DNA of 64,000 nucleotides from Trichoplax adhaerens (lineage: Eukaryota > Animalia > Placozoa), in assembly GCF_000150275.1 (NCBI RefSeq), contig NW_002060948.1, positions 4,572,336 to 4,636,335 on the forward strand, given 5' to 3'. The translations under genes were made by a program, and so were the position numbers. The notes under the pieces were generated by a model. It saw only the letters and a list, made by a program, of their open reading frames with translations, did no database searches and was not told the DNA's origin. The stretch's first letter is position 1, and each line of letters starts with the position of its first letter. Positions 42,401 to 57,400 of this stretch are shown piece after piece.

Positions 42401-45400
42401 TGGGAGGTTCACTACAACTGCTACAATTCCAGACACCACTGCCATATTGTGGTAGCCTATAAACAGTCGTTCCAATGATCGGTTGCAATCTGCAATTACT
42501 TGGTACTCGATTAATTTCTGTTTTAAACAAAATTTATGAATCATTATTTAATTTTTAACGTTCTATCAAAGTATCTAATCCTCACCATTAACTTTTAAGG
42601 TTGCAAAAGCATTAACGCTGCCGTACGGATTAGATACGGCACATTGAATATATCCGCTGTCGGATCCGTGAAGATCGATTAAATTTAGGATAGCTTCCTT
42701 CGAGTTTAAAACTCTAGCCATGCGAGTATTATCAGGAATCGTTCTCCAAATGATGGAGATGGGATTAGCTCCGGTAATTTGGCATCGAAACGTGACATTA
42801 CTTGCATCATCTACAAGGGCAGCATCAGGTGAAATTGTAGCCGTCGGAGGTGTTCTATCTGCAAAATTTACAATAATTACGAAATTTAAATATGGCAATT
42901 TTAATATGAATTATAAATGCTAAGCTACTTCTTTACTAATCTTAAAATTAACAAAACCCTCAAATATTGTTTGATGCCGATAATAAAATCTTAAACAATG
43001 CTTACGCGTACCTATAACACATTTTCCTCCTGGAACCCGTGGATTGCCAATATATCCGACTGCACATCTATGATTTTACGTGAGTAACCATATGAAAAGT
43101 TTTAAAGCAGTAAACTTACATTAGCTATAAATAAAAAGGCAAAGCAAACTTTCTTCTTGAAATATAATTGGAGATGAACTACGATTATAAAGAAAATTAA
43201 CATGTGTTTTCTTACTCTCCACAATCGAGTCCCGTATATCCCGGTTGGCAATTTGTGCAATTAATTGCTCCGCTATTGCTCGCTGTGCAAGTGTCACTAA
43301 AGCTGTTATTGAGAGAATTAAGCAAAAATAATTATAATAATTAATGAAATTGTTAAAAACTGTTCTATCTAAGCAGGCAGCTAACTATTTCTTTAAAAAT
43401 TATCATACCGATTGGATGTTATATTTAGAGGACAAGGACATGGCTTACAATCATCTATAGTGCCTACTGTTGCGTTCCCATAATAGCCAAGAGCACAGAA
43501 TTCGCAGTGATCGCCAGTTGTACTAAAGTGACAGCCCTATGCAAAGGTAATGGTATGCAGACATTAAAAATGGGAAAGCATCGGTGTTAATCTTAAGCAT
43601 AATATACATATATAGTAATTTGTTAATATAGAACAACGTCAATCATTTTTCAACAGTTTAAATACACAGTTATACCGGTAAACTTACCGTGCACGTTCCT
43701 ACTACAGTGTCGCAGGTCGCACTATGACCATTACATCGACACGAGATGCACTCGCTTCGCACTCGTAAGGAAGAATCTTTAAGCGTATATCCAGCATCAC
43801 ATTCCTATCCATTTGGGACGTAAATAGAATAAATGTATCAGCAAATACAATTACGTTTTTGATTTGTTGGCTATATGTGAAAATAGGTGTCATAGAAATT
43901 GATTCTAATTACCGTGCATGAAGTACCAATATATCCTGTACTACAAGAACACACTTCAACATCATGTGCACTAGGTCTATTTGAATTTCCAACAAATCCA
44001 TTATCCATCTCAATACCAAAGATGCTATATGAAAATAAAGAATTGTTTTATAAGATATACAATTTGAAAATATTGAACTATCAATCTGATATGTAGTAGT
44101 ATACCATAAGCTGTACTGTGCAATTTTGCATATAATATGAAATAACGTGATCATAAATGAAATTTTTATTACAGCCATAGCATAGATTCTTTGAATTGAT
44201 AATTTCTTTTTTGCAATACAAGTGTATAATTGTTCAGGATATTACAATTTTACGATAGCATGAATCAAATATTAACTTATAAAAATATCTGTATTTGTCA
44301 ATTAGATAGCAACACAAAATGTAGATATTTCATGCTTTAAATTTACCTAGTAGTTAGCCAGTTCTGATTATACTTTGCCCGGATGCGTATATATTCGATA
44401 TCTGCCAGCGCCAGAAGAACTTCATCTCTGGTTGCTGCATCACCTGTAGATTCCAAATTCCAATTTTTCTGCAATAGATAAGGTATTGAATAATATTCTG
44501 AAGGTTAGTTATGCAGCAAGACAGGACTAAATAATTTTTCAGTGCCTGTAACTTTAAATATCTCTACGATGTTTATTGTTATGCGGTCATGATGCAAATA
44601 AATTTTACCTTAGTAACAAATATCTCTTAAATTTTAGGAATGAACGCTATCACACGACTTAATTAACAAATTGTTTGAGTAAATAATCTTTCATACCTCA
44701 GTTAAAGCAATAGAAAATGCATGCCTTGAATTTGCTGCAAGTATTTGCTGGCGACCATCAAAATATTGTAATATAATACCACTACCCTATCAATTTTATT
44801 ATAAATCTCATACGATCAGAAAAGGCCGTTACGCTTTATCAAGAATATAGATTATGAGTCTGGGATTTAAGGGAGCAACAGTAACTTAAGAAATACAAAA
44901 TAAATTACACTGATAGTTCAACAAGGTTCTTACCTTAATCTCAACGTCCGGACCGCTTACTGATGTTTCGTTGGCATTATTATTTGCATCTGTATATGAT
45001 ATTGCATATCTCAGCTGTCCGCCATATGCAGTAACCTTTAATATTCAATTAAATGAAAAAAGTATTGTAAGCTAGTTTCAAATCTATATATGCGTAGTAG
45101 TAATTGATGATAAATAATTTTCAAGTTACTGCTTACTACCTTATTTCCTCGAAATAAATTTGGAAGGTACCAATAATACATGGTACCATTGAAGTCAGGC
45201 ATATACCTAGTAAACTTGAGACTGTTAGAACTAACATTGACACTAAAATACTGCCCATCTTGATTTCCCAAATAAGTTTCTTGATCATTGCCAAAAATGA
45301 AGTTGTTGATATCACTTTGACCGATAAATATTTGTTGTAGCTGAACAATTTATTGAGTAATTCATCTTTTAGATATCTTGATTGCATAAGATATGCTAAA

Positions 45401-48400
45401 AGGTTTGTTATTACCTAACAACCTTATTACCTCGACTTTTGTAATAATATAAAATGGCAAAAATTGTTGCTTACATTGCCTCTGTTATAAGGAGCGCTAG
45501 AACAGGCGTTGGCACGTCCATTACAAAAACATTTTAAGCAACCATCTGAGTGGGTTGCTTGTAAATCGAATGTTCCTGATTTACATCGATCGCATCGAAT
45601 ACCTTCAACATTATCCTATAGATTGAATTATTTAGGGCCAATTAAATGAAACAGATTTCAATAATGAATTTCGATAATAACAAATGCGACGAATGCGGTA
45701 CCTTGCAAAAACATTGGCGTGTGGTAGGACTACACGAATAGTTTAAGCTTCCTCTCATATCACAATTGCAGTATAATGAAACTAAAAATTTACATATATA
45801 TTAGTATTACTTAATCCTCTTATTAATAATATATTTGGAGTAGCTAATTACCATAACATATGAAATCGTATGGATATCTTTGATCCATCACGTAAAAATT
45901 ATAAAAATTTAACTGCTTTATATTACAACATAATAGAATTTTGCTATCATAAATTTTTAAACGCTATTCAGAAAGTTTCAATTTCGAAGAACGATACTTA
46001 CTATCTACACATGATCCTCCTGGAGTATTTGGATTACCGGTATAACCTGGAGCACACCTGTTACGAAGCAAAGATACAAATCTTTAATAATCGCAAAAAT
46101 CAATTACAAAGCAGTTTTCTAAATTAAATAAGTAATGTTCGTATAGGCTACAAATGTATTTATAAATAATGATTTACCTTTCACAGTTCAGGCCAACATA
46201 ACCTGTATTACAATTTTGACATGTTATACTACCATTGGCAGATTGTATACAGCCTTGGCTGAATCTATTGAAATATTAATAGCTTTTTTTTTTACTAAAT
46301 ACTTAAAATTGGAATATGTCTTACCAAAAGAGAATTCTATCACATAATTTATGAACTATTCTGTTAAAATAAGTACACATTTATGCATACGTTTACATCG
46401 AAGTGATTATAAATATTCAACTTTAAAGGAAAAATATACACTATAAGAATGGAGGTACTGTAATTGTAAAAATGCCCTAATACCTTATGACGCTGGATAT
46501 TAATAAAAGCTTCATAATGTTTATGCAGATTGATTTGTACGATAAAATATCTTTAGTATTTATTTGAAGAAAAGTATTTTTTCTATAACTAAGGTCTGAT
46601 TATATAGTTATAGGCGGTCTTATTGCCGTAAATAAACTAAATTAAATGTATTTAAAATCTGCAGAGAGTAATCAGAGACTCTTTAACTATCAAGCTTTAC
46701 AAAATTGACAAACTATCCATACCCGACTAAATTTCACAAAAAGTTAACATTTTGTGAAGTTGGGATCATTGAATATTTTCTGTGAGAACTTAGAATTCAC
46801 TTCGCTTCTTTGAGGTCAATTGCTATTCTACTATTCTTAAATTCTGTCTTAAATTAAAAGCGTTTTCTAAATTCTGTCTTGACTGTTACAATTATTTGAG
46901 AATTGGATTTAAATTATACTGAATAGTACAAGGTACTTTTATAACGTAGCTATAAATGCTGTAAATACTGTAGGTTTCTAATATTTAAAGCAAATCCATT
47001 TCAACTACATCTTATTTACGGCTAAAGTCTGATTTCGATAATTTCCAGATTCCAATCACAAAAGTAATTTTAGTCATAGTAATAGATCCATACTTAATAA
47101 CATCTGATACAAGAAAACAAGAAAACTTTCGTCAACATCAATCAGAAAGTGCTTATCTTTTAAAACGAGAACTAGAGCATTGCGGCTTAAAGTACTTTAG
47201 TACGATATTTATCTAATCAGCTTTGTATTACAATAGCTAATGTTGAAGGTAAAGATGAAGTAACTTCTATGGAAATAATACTTCTCTGATTTCTATCAGA
47301 TAATATATTTTTGTATGTACTGATATTACAATTATCTATAATGCTGTATATGGTTCTATAAATTACTGTGTACTTTTATAGAATTATCCATTCAACGAGA
47401 ATCATTGGTATTATAATTTCTCTACAAACTAACTGAAGTTTTAATAAACTTTAGATGCAGCTTTTGTCTAAGAGAGCCTATTCGTTACTGTAATCTTTAT
47501 GGCAATTGGAAGATCATTAGTTTTTATAGTCGTGTAGTGGTACTGGATAGTAGTCAGGGAGGACAAACCTGACAGTATGCTCACATTATTAATTTTCTTG
47601 TGGTAGTTTTAATTTTTTCATTATAAGTTTCAATTTATAGCAACTGTATGTAGCGATCTTATAAGGAGGCTAACTTACTGATTTGATGACAATGACAGAG
47701 GACAAGGACATAGCTTGCAATCATTTGCTGTTCCAGTAGTTGCATTACCGTAAAACTTAGAGAGGCAAGTTTCACAGTTAAAGCCGGTAGTATTGTGTTT
47801 GCAGTTCTAAAAAGAAATATTAGTAATTGAATGATGATAGGGCGGCTTATTATGAGGATCATGCAAGATATATATTTCGAATTTACTTCAAATACGAAAT
47901 CTTATATGGAGTCTTATTAAACGAAACCTACAATACATTGTCCAGTTTCAGAGTTGCAATCGGTAGAATGACCATTACAGAAGCATGGAACGCATCTGCC
48001 GAAATAATTGCCTGTCGCTATCCGCCGATAACCTTTAGCACAGTACTATCATGTAGTGTTTCAAAATGTTAATTAAAAATACACACAGAAATTATCCATG
48101 TTTCAGATATTAATCGTTTCACAATTATCAATATATTTATCCGGCGAAGACCTACCTCACACGATGTACCAGTATAACCTTGTGGACAATTGCAAACTTC
48201 CACAAACGAAGCCGCACTTGTATTTGTGACTTCATTGCTTAATTCAGCCATTGCGACATCTCGAATACTATTAAAAAAGTTATAAGTAAAATTGAGGAAT
48301 TAATTATTTAGGAAACGGCAGAATTTAATAAGCTATTACGCTTATACCTTGTACTTATCATTTCCGTCGATAAAACCCCAGAAATAAGAATAGCATCTAT

Positions 48401-51400
48401 TTTTGCTAAAACAAACATTAGATCAGCTCGCCCAGCGATTTGTCCGTTTGATTTTCTCCAATTTGTCTATAGAGTAAGTATCATAAATAATATGTTATGG
48501 TTCCCTAAATTATGTTAATAATAAATTGACTATTTATCAAAGTAGATCTTACCTCTGTTAAAGGTATATCGTATCCTACATTCGTGATAGGAGCTCTTAG
48601 CTGGTTGTCAGTAAAAGTTAGAGTTTGTTGACTTCCCTAATAGTAATAATTCAAATGACGCTTGTTTTACGGTGTTATCTTACCGTTAGGATAGTTCAAC
48701 AAGTACAGTAGTAGCTTATATGGAAAATATTCATATTTGTAGCTCTAGGTAAGATGAGTAATGCCTTAACGAGGATATTATTTGTGATAAAATTATTAAA
48801 TATTTGAATTTGATTGTTATTATGTATAGACATTAGTAAGATGATTTGAGTTCTAGATTCATAATTGAACTAGACAACATACATACTTAGATGAAAATTA
48901 AGTATGAGCAAGAGATTAAAAATGTTTACAGATAGAAAAGCTACGTAAGAAACATTTCAGTTCGAGACGCCTCTCCTAGCATGGCAAAATGATAATACTA
49001 TTGTTTATAAATTAGACGGCTCCTATACAAATTGGAATATTTGAGTTGAGTTGTGTGATAAAAAGTTGTAGATATGTCTATGCTAATAAAATTTCTATCT
49101 TTACGTTACTTCACTGTGTGTGTTAAATGTTTAGTAAAAGGACGTTTAAGTCAGTAGTTACTTATAGGCTTTTACTTTACATTTCCTTGTCGCAGAGTTG
49201 AATTTGTGACAGCTTAATTCAAAACTAATACGGACTCTACAAAAGATTTCAAACTGACTAGAGATTGTTGAACAATCGAAATTAGTTATACGCGTACCAT
49301 TAACTCAACAGTAAGTAACTGGCCTGTTCCATTAGTTCTTGACCGGTAGGAAATAGTGAAACTGAGCTCAGATCCATAGGATCCAACCTGCATGATTGTA
49401 ATGGCAAGATTTAGATCGTATTAAACTATACATTATAAGTACAGCAAAACAGCTACCAAAGGAAAATATGTAAGGCTTTACTTTATTGCCCAGGTATTCG
49501 TTTGGCAGATACCAATAATAATTTTGGATGGGTAAAGTATTAAATTTATCGAAAGTCAGATAAGCATCATTTTGGCTAATAGTAAGGTCACCATTTGCAT
49601 ACAATAAGCTCTTGTTCTTGTTACCAAACATGAAACCGTTTGAACTAAGAGTAAACCCACTACCAATCTAAAGGAGCGAATCAAAGTTTAAAGCAATCAT
49701 TTTGTCAATCATTGGAATTATTACAATGTTGTTAAAAGTCAACGTTTTATTTCTATAATACTACCCATAAGCTATAATTGTTTGCTTACTACTGTCAATG
49801 CTTTAGATGAAGGTGCACATGATGTTGATAAATTGAAGCAAAAACATTCATTACAACCATCTGTGTTGCTTTCCTGTAAATTGAAATAACCTTGCTTGCA
49901 AAACTGGCAGAGGTTCCCTTCAACGTTATTCTGAGCGAGTTAAATATGGAATAGATATACCTTTAGTCTTCAGTGTTACCAGATAAATAGGAGCTTAATT
50001 AATCTATTATAGTTTTATGCACATTATTATAGAATATTTAACAATTTTGACATTACTTTGCAACGATCGCATATCCCCCCACTGTTCGGCCATGGAGATA
50101 AGCTTCCTCTTACATCACAAGGGGCTATAGTTTTGGTTAATATTTAAATGTATCTGAGTATTATCTAATTAATTAAGTTTTACAATCGTATAGTTTAAAA
50201 AGTTTAATAGGTCTAATATTAAGAGGGAATTTCTATCATAATGCAGCATTATTCGCATTTTACCGCATACATTTTATTTTACAGGTATCACCAACTTGTC
50301 TGGGGTCGCCATAGTATCTCTCGCGACAACTATTACACAACAAATTATGACCAACTTAAAGTTAAAGGTTTGCGATGTACAGTATGTAGCGACTATTTTA
50401 TTCTACTGTAATAAATCAGTTCATCAGAATTACCGTCTTTAAGGTATATGACATCGTAATATAATATAATCTAGTCTAATATCAAAGTAGATATAATACA
50501 ACATATAGCAAGGTGTAACCTTTCGCAATTTCTTCCTTCATATTCATTTGCGCAATTACTACATGTAGGTTTGCCATCGGTAGCCAAGAAGCATGTTGGA
50601 CTAAATCTGTGATTATGATATATATCCTCCATTTATTATCAGTACTTTAAAGTTTATAGCCTTTATAGGATTTAATTATGCCACATCCAGCTATAATTAC
50701 TTAATCGTTAGGTTTATAGATAGTACCTATTAGATGCTACAGTTAAAGGGCAAGGACACGATTGGCAAGCTTGTGGTGAACCATTAGTAGCATTTCCATA
50801 AAATCCCGGTTTACAGCGATCGCAATGATAACCAGTGGTATTATGCTGACAGTCCTATTTTAATACATAAGATTTTAGAAATATAATTTAATGTCATTTT
50901 AGTTAAATAATGCGATTACTACTAAATCAAGTTACTTAAAAAAATTCAATTATGAATGAAAACATTCAATGTTACGATGGGTATGTGTCTAAGATATAAC
51001 ATTATTTCAATTTGATTCATCTCTAATTTCTTACAATGCAAGCACCATTTCCACTGAAGTCACATGTTACGGCGTGACCATAACAGAAACAAGGTCCGCA
51101 GGTACCATTTTCGGTTCGTTTAAATCCTGCAGAACATTTCTAAATGTGTAAAGCAGATATTACTATTTTAGATCTAAATCCTTAGCTTTATATTAGTTTA
51201 TGCAAAATATGTTACAAGAAAATGCATCTTCATGATATAAAGAACTGCTTAAATCCGATGTGGCAATTAAATTAAATATAACAATCATTTTCAAACCTCG
51301 CAAGATGTTCCTTCATATCCTAAAGGACATGTACAGTTTTCAGTCTCGGATGCTCTACCAAGACCAACATCAGTATCAGATAAGACTGTTAAGGAAACTT

Positions 51401-54400
51401 TCGCAATTCTTGTCGTGATCATTTTCGGCTGATGGGTAGCACGGATTAGAATAGCTCTTACATTGGATAAAATGTTTAAAAGTATTGCTCTAGTTGCAAT
51501 AGACCCGTTGGTTAAGAACCAATATTGCTAAAATGAAATTTAAATAAAAATAAAACATTAACATTATGAAAATGATTTACAATTACCTTGACAATAAAAG
51601 GAAAGCATCACTATTCATTATAATTCGATACCATAATTAATGATACATTTTTTCATCTAGCATAAAATTTTCGATAAAATGCACAAATTTTATTTACTCA
51701 CTTTGATAACGTTGTCTATATTAAATAAATCTAAAATAACTCCGTCATAACTCAAATCACTATACGCATTTTATACTCTTAAGTAGGATCTTCAATCTAC
51801 GAAAGCTATTTGATAATAACTGTTCTTCTAAGCAATGTGAAGCAGCATTTTGAATTCTAAATCGCATAAATATTTGCAAAGTAAAGTGATAATATTTTCT
51901 GAAGTCCAGATTTACTTTCTTACCTCTCTAATATTAACGGTATATGCCTTTGTATTCGGCCCAATATATTCTGGAAAAGCAGCTGTCAGATTATAGTAAT
52001 CTCCCTTATATTAAAAAATTTATCATTAGGTATTTGTCTAAATGGAATGTATTACTCTAGTGTCTCGCCTTGTGTTGCATAATGAAATTTAAAATAAGAA
52101 AAATATTGATAATGAATTATTCCACATTGCATTTTATTACAATAATTATGACTTCTGGGTAAGTAATGTTGTTATAAAGCTGTTCAGCTCTGTAAGAAAT
52201 TGTAAACTTCAATGTGCCTCCGTACGATCCTAGCTGTAGTCATAGAAAAAATAGGAATAAAAATAGCATCATATATTGTATTTTATTAGTAGTATCTTAA
52301 AAGTTTCTACAAAATCGAAATAGCTAATTTTATTGCCTTATTTCCTAAGAACTCGCTCGGTAGCCGCCAATAGTATGTCAGATTTTGAGGAACCAAACTC
52401 CATTCTTCGAATACTAACATCCTGATACTTGGATTTACTTGTGGTCTGGCTAAGGGCGGTGTAAAACTGAGGTCACTGACGGTCAGCGTATAATTATGCG
52501 CGGAATAAATAAACTCGTTCAAAAGCTAAATAATGAAATGTATGAAATTTTAATAATTGGAAAGGGTAATTGGCAAATGACATAAAAGTATAAGCAGACC
52601 TGTCCCTTAAATAAATTGGAACTAGTGCAATCTGTAGACACTCCTCTACAGTAACAATTGGTACATCCCTTCGCTTTAAACTGAGCTAGATGAAATGTTC
52701 CAGATTTGCATTTATCGCATTTCGGCCCTTCTACATTAACCTGTAATATTCATAATCTTATAATCTTGGTAAAAATTACAAAAAAACTAGAGCTGACATA
52801 AATATATTGAGCCTAAAAGAAATAATTAATTCACGATATAGAAAAAGTCAATTTAATGCTTAAGTTTATATCTACAAAATTTCTTAATATAGTTGAAAAC
52901 TAAGCTAGATTTTTACCAGAGCCACTAACAAGTACTTTAATAATTATTATACTTATTATGTTGCAATAAATCGTGGCATTCATTAATAGTTACTCACTAA
53001 CCTTACAGTCACAAGCGCTTGTATTCACATTAATTACGGGTGAGGTGCTACCGATTGTTGAACATTGAACTAGATTTGAAGAATTGCATTATTAATTAAA
53101 TTCTCTATTAAAACAGAATTCCATAAAGGCGTATAATTTCATCGATATGTTGTTTAGTATTCCGATTTTAACTACTATAAGAAAATCTTAGTTGCATTCA
53201 TACTAACTTAATTTGCAGCGTTCGCCAGGAATAGTTGGATCACCCTCATATGGTAATACACATCTATTTTGATAGATATGCAATTTATTTAGCTCTTAAC
53301 TCATGTAAAGTGCATATATTTACATTGACAATAATTAATATAGATAAGAAGATTTGCCATATATATTACATTTCACAAAATCTTCCATCGTATCCGTTAG
53401 GGCAATCGGTACAGTTAGCTTTTCCGTCACTAGCTAAAATACAGGTTTTGCTAAACCTATTTTGTTAATTTGAAAATATGTTTATACATTATTTTAATAT
53501 GAGGTACAGCAATTGGAATAACGTATTATATGGTTTCCAATTGTATTCATATTTACTGATTTATAGAAATAGTTAAAGGGCAAGGGCATGGACTGCAATC
53601 AAATCTTGTGCCATTTTCAGCATCACCAAAGTAACCAGGTTTACAAAATTCGCAGTGATCTCCAATGGTATTATGTGCACAATTCTTATTATGAAATATG
53701 TTAATAAAATATTTGATATCAGCCCTGTCTGTGTATTGTTTTATTTCATTGCACAATTCAGATATATTTATTTTATATTATATTCTTCCAACAACAATTT
53801 ATTCTTAACTAAATCAACGATCCATCGATACAGCAACGTAATTTTATAAGATCCAGAAATTGACAACTTTTACCTGACAGATTCCCGTAGTTAAATCGCA
53901 TTGGCTAGCGTGGTTATTACATTGACAAGCGGGCACACATCTTCTTACAGTTGGACCTTCTTGAAGCTGATAATATCCACTAGCACAATTCTGCACGGAG
54001 AATATTTTAATTGCAATTTGATACATTAGTGAAGAAGAAATCTTTGAAATAAAAATAATTTCGGACGACTAAATTAATTTAATTTTACCTGGCATGATAG
54101 TCCGGTGTATCCAGTAGGACACTCGCACTTTTCAACTCTGTAAGCTCTTCTACTGTATGTGATTGCTGGCAAAGCGCTAGTTAATGAAAGCCTACTTATA
54201 CTGAAACAAAATCCATAACAAAACGCTTAAATTTTATTTCAAATATTTTACCGAAATTATTTGCCTTTAGATATTATAATTATACTAATACTGTGCAAGC
54301 ATGCAACATATATTTATATATAAATTATGCTAAGGAATGCTTTAAAAATTTGATACTTAGATTACTGACATACGTCGTAGAAGTTGTACTTGAGGTAAAG

Positions 54401-57400
54401 GTACCCCGAATTCCAACGAAATCAAGGCTAGATAAAACTGCCAAGAATAAAGACCTTGATACGCTACTTCCGTTGATGACCTTCCAATAATTCTAGTTAT
54501 AAATAATTCATTTAACTAAGTCAAATCTTTATTCACTAGCTTTGTGAAATTGACATTCTTTTATCACTTACAAAAAAAAATGAAAACACCAATGTACAGA
54601 AATACTTATACTGTAGTTATAAATTTACAGTTTATCCTCTACAGAAAGAATAAAGAATCCAGAGATGCTTCTGAAATTATCTAACCTGTTCTACTCGTAC
54701 TTCAAAGCTGTTAATAATATTTGGCGCTGACATTTTTGAAAACTTATATGCAAGAAATATTCCATTGCCCTGAAATTAAAGCGAAAATAATTAGGACTGT
54801 CTTCATAAAGGGACAAAAGTTGTATCATAATTAATTCGTTATAATTTTTAATTTTGTAAATTCACTAACGCTGGCGATAATATCGTAAGTAGCATCAGGA
54901 TTAACGGGTGCAGTTGCTCCAGAGCTCAAGGAATACTGTATCGAAAATCTGGCAACTCCGCCATACGCCGTTAGCTGTAAGATCAATTGTATCCAATGTA
55001 TTCAGAATTTGTAATTATCAAATTATAACAAATGAAACTCGACTCGGTAATATAATTTAAAATGAAGCCTATTGAAATTTAAATAACTAATTAGGCATTT
55101 AAATTCATGGTTTTTTAATTACCCAATTGCCGATGTATTGATCTGGCATTCTCCAGTAATATGTATCTGGAGGTAATGCATCAATATTTTGAGCGGTGAT
55201 GCGTTCAGCAGCAGTATTGAAGGTATATTGGGTGGTATTAAGCTCAATCATTTGACTATTTACTATTGAAATACTGTTCCGCCCTCCAGCACCAATGATA
55301 GGCATAGCAACCTAGAGTCAATTTTTAAATATCAATATGATGACACTCTGTCTTGGCCAGTTTGATTACAACCTTTAAATATGTTTTATGTTAGGCTGTC
55401 TTTAAAATGCTATCATAACGATATCAATTACTGGATAAGAGTAAAATATTAATTATCAGCGATCAAACTTGGGCAAATTCACGGAATAAACGATAAATAA
55501 TTGTCAAATTTAGATCAATGTCATAACTTAAAAAAGTTGTTAAGAACGAAGAATTACCTCTGATACATTGAGTAGTGAGCTTGAACACTCTGTGGTAGCT
55601 CCAAAACAAAAACATTTTTCGCATGCTTGACTGCTTGTAGCAATGTCATTAAATGTGCCATTAGAGCAGTTGTAGATGGTTGTGGAACCTAGAATTTAGA
55701 ATAAAATGTAATGCTACTATAAAAATCTGTAAAAGTAATAGTTCAGTTGCAGCTACACTCTTACTGCCTGCCGCAAATATTAGATTTTATCTAATAGACT
55801 TTAACGGATAAGACATCAGTATTACCTGCTACCACCACCGCAGCACTTGGTGAATTCACGTTTATCATGGCCATTTTATTAATAGCATAACAAGTATACC
55901 TTCCCGTATTACTTTCCGAAACGTTTCTAATGGTTAATGTCCCTACACCACTAATGGAAGTCATTTGAACGTAATCTGGTAAATTACCGCCGTCCCATGT
56001 CCAAGTTATAATCGGTGTTGGAGTTCCAATAGCAGTGCAACGTAAGTTGAGTGTTTGACCTGATGCTAGATCTTGGTTAGAAATAGGATTTTGAACGATG
56101 GTAGGTGGTGCTATTGAAATAAAATTTGGAGTCATTGCGAATACTATAGAAACCCTGATCATTTATATTATACTTGAGTACGTGCCTTACGGCATCAGAT
56201 AATATAAAGTAACATAGCTATCTATTTCAATACTAACAACATCCAAGTTCATCAGAGCCATCCGAACAATCGCGAACGCCATCGCACTGATAAGCTAATA
56301 AAGTACACGGTATGGTAGAATTTTGGCAAGTAAATTCGACAGATCTGCAAGTTCCTGGCTTATCAACTAATTAAATTTCAAAATTGAGAATTAATTACAA
56401 GCCAAAGAAAGACGTAGAATAGCAAACAATCGTGATAGAAAATTTCACATAAATCTCTGTGGAAGTAATTTAATTAAAGCTATAAATTTTGCTGCTATAA
56501 GAAGCAACAATAGATTACGGAGACGACTATTAGATATCTAAATTTAGCAGAGTCGAAGGGAACTTAAGCAATTAGTATTGACGTCTAAATTTTCTAATTT
56601 TACCTTCGTCTCGATATTAACACAGAAACTAAACCTACTAAACCCTAACAATTAAAATACCGTATTGGGTTAACAGATCAATTAAGAAACATTTGATTGA
56701 TGACATACGTACTGATATTGGTTTTCTGACAATTATAGCATCTATTTGTAATCCACGCTTACTAATGCGAACATAGTAGAAGTCGTGATAAAAAACTTAC
56801 CGCAGTTTTTTTCATCGCTGTTATCGAAGCAGTCATCGCGACCATCACAAATTGAGAATAGTCCAATACATCGATTATTCTGACAGCGAGACTGTTGAAC
56901 GGAACAATCTCGCGAAGGATAAACTAGGATAAACAAGGAATATTTGAGGTGATAGAAGTATATACCTTAATAGAGTATTTACATTTCAGTACTATTAAAA
57001 CTAATTATTTATTTACCGCAATTCGATTCATCAGAATAATCTGTACATTCAGGTTCTGCATTGCATCTTAAAGTCGAATTAACACATTCACCATTTCTAC
57101 ATCTAAATTCACCACTTGCACACGGCTTTAATGTTGGCGTATTTTGTGTAACTATTAAACAAGTTTCATTAGAAATTTTAAATTGATCCATCAAAAAGGC
57201 AATACACTTTAATTCTAACAAAGATATGAAACAGCAAAAGTAATAAGTAACGTTGTATAAAATCAACCTTCATTTTTATTGAAGCTGAAGTAATTAGGAT
57301 CCACTGCTATTGCATTTATATTCCCGGTTGATATGGCTTGAGATAGTCTAGACTGAATTACGTTTTGCGAAATACTACCATCGGTCAATACTTCAAATAT

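Noticed and set aside
25431-42858. Dscam-like mutually exclusive exon array or separate hemicentin/titin-like gene
   Set aside because: The exons join consecutively in frame between laminin and LG domains in perlecan order, and the A-B alternation fits constitutive tandem domains better than alternative variants of one position.
24008-54490. Plus-strand ORFs in the track (e.g. 26275-26565, 34220-34609, 35671-35982, 42061-42354)
   Set aside because: They mostly overlap minus-strand exons as antisense shadows and show no recognisable motifs or splice logic.
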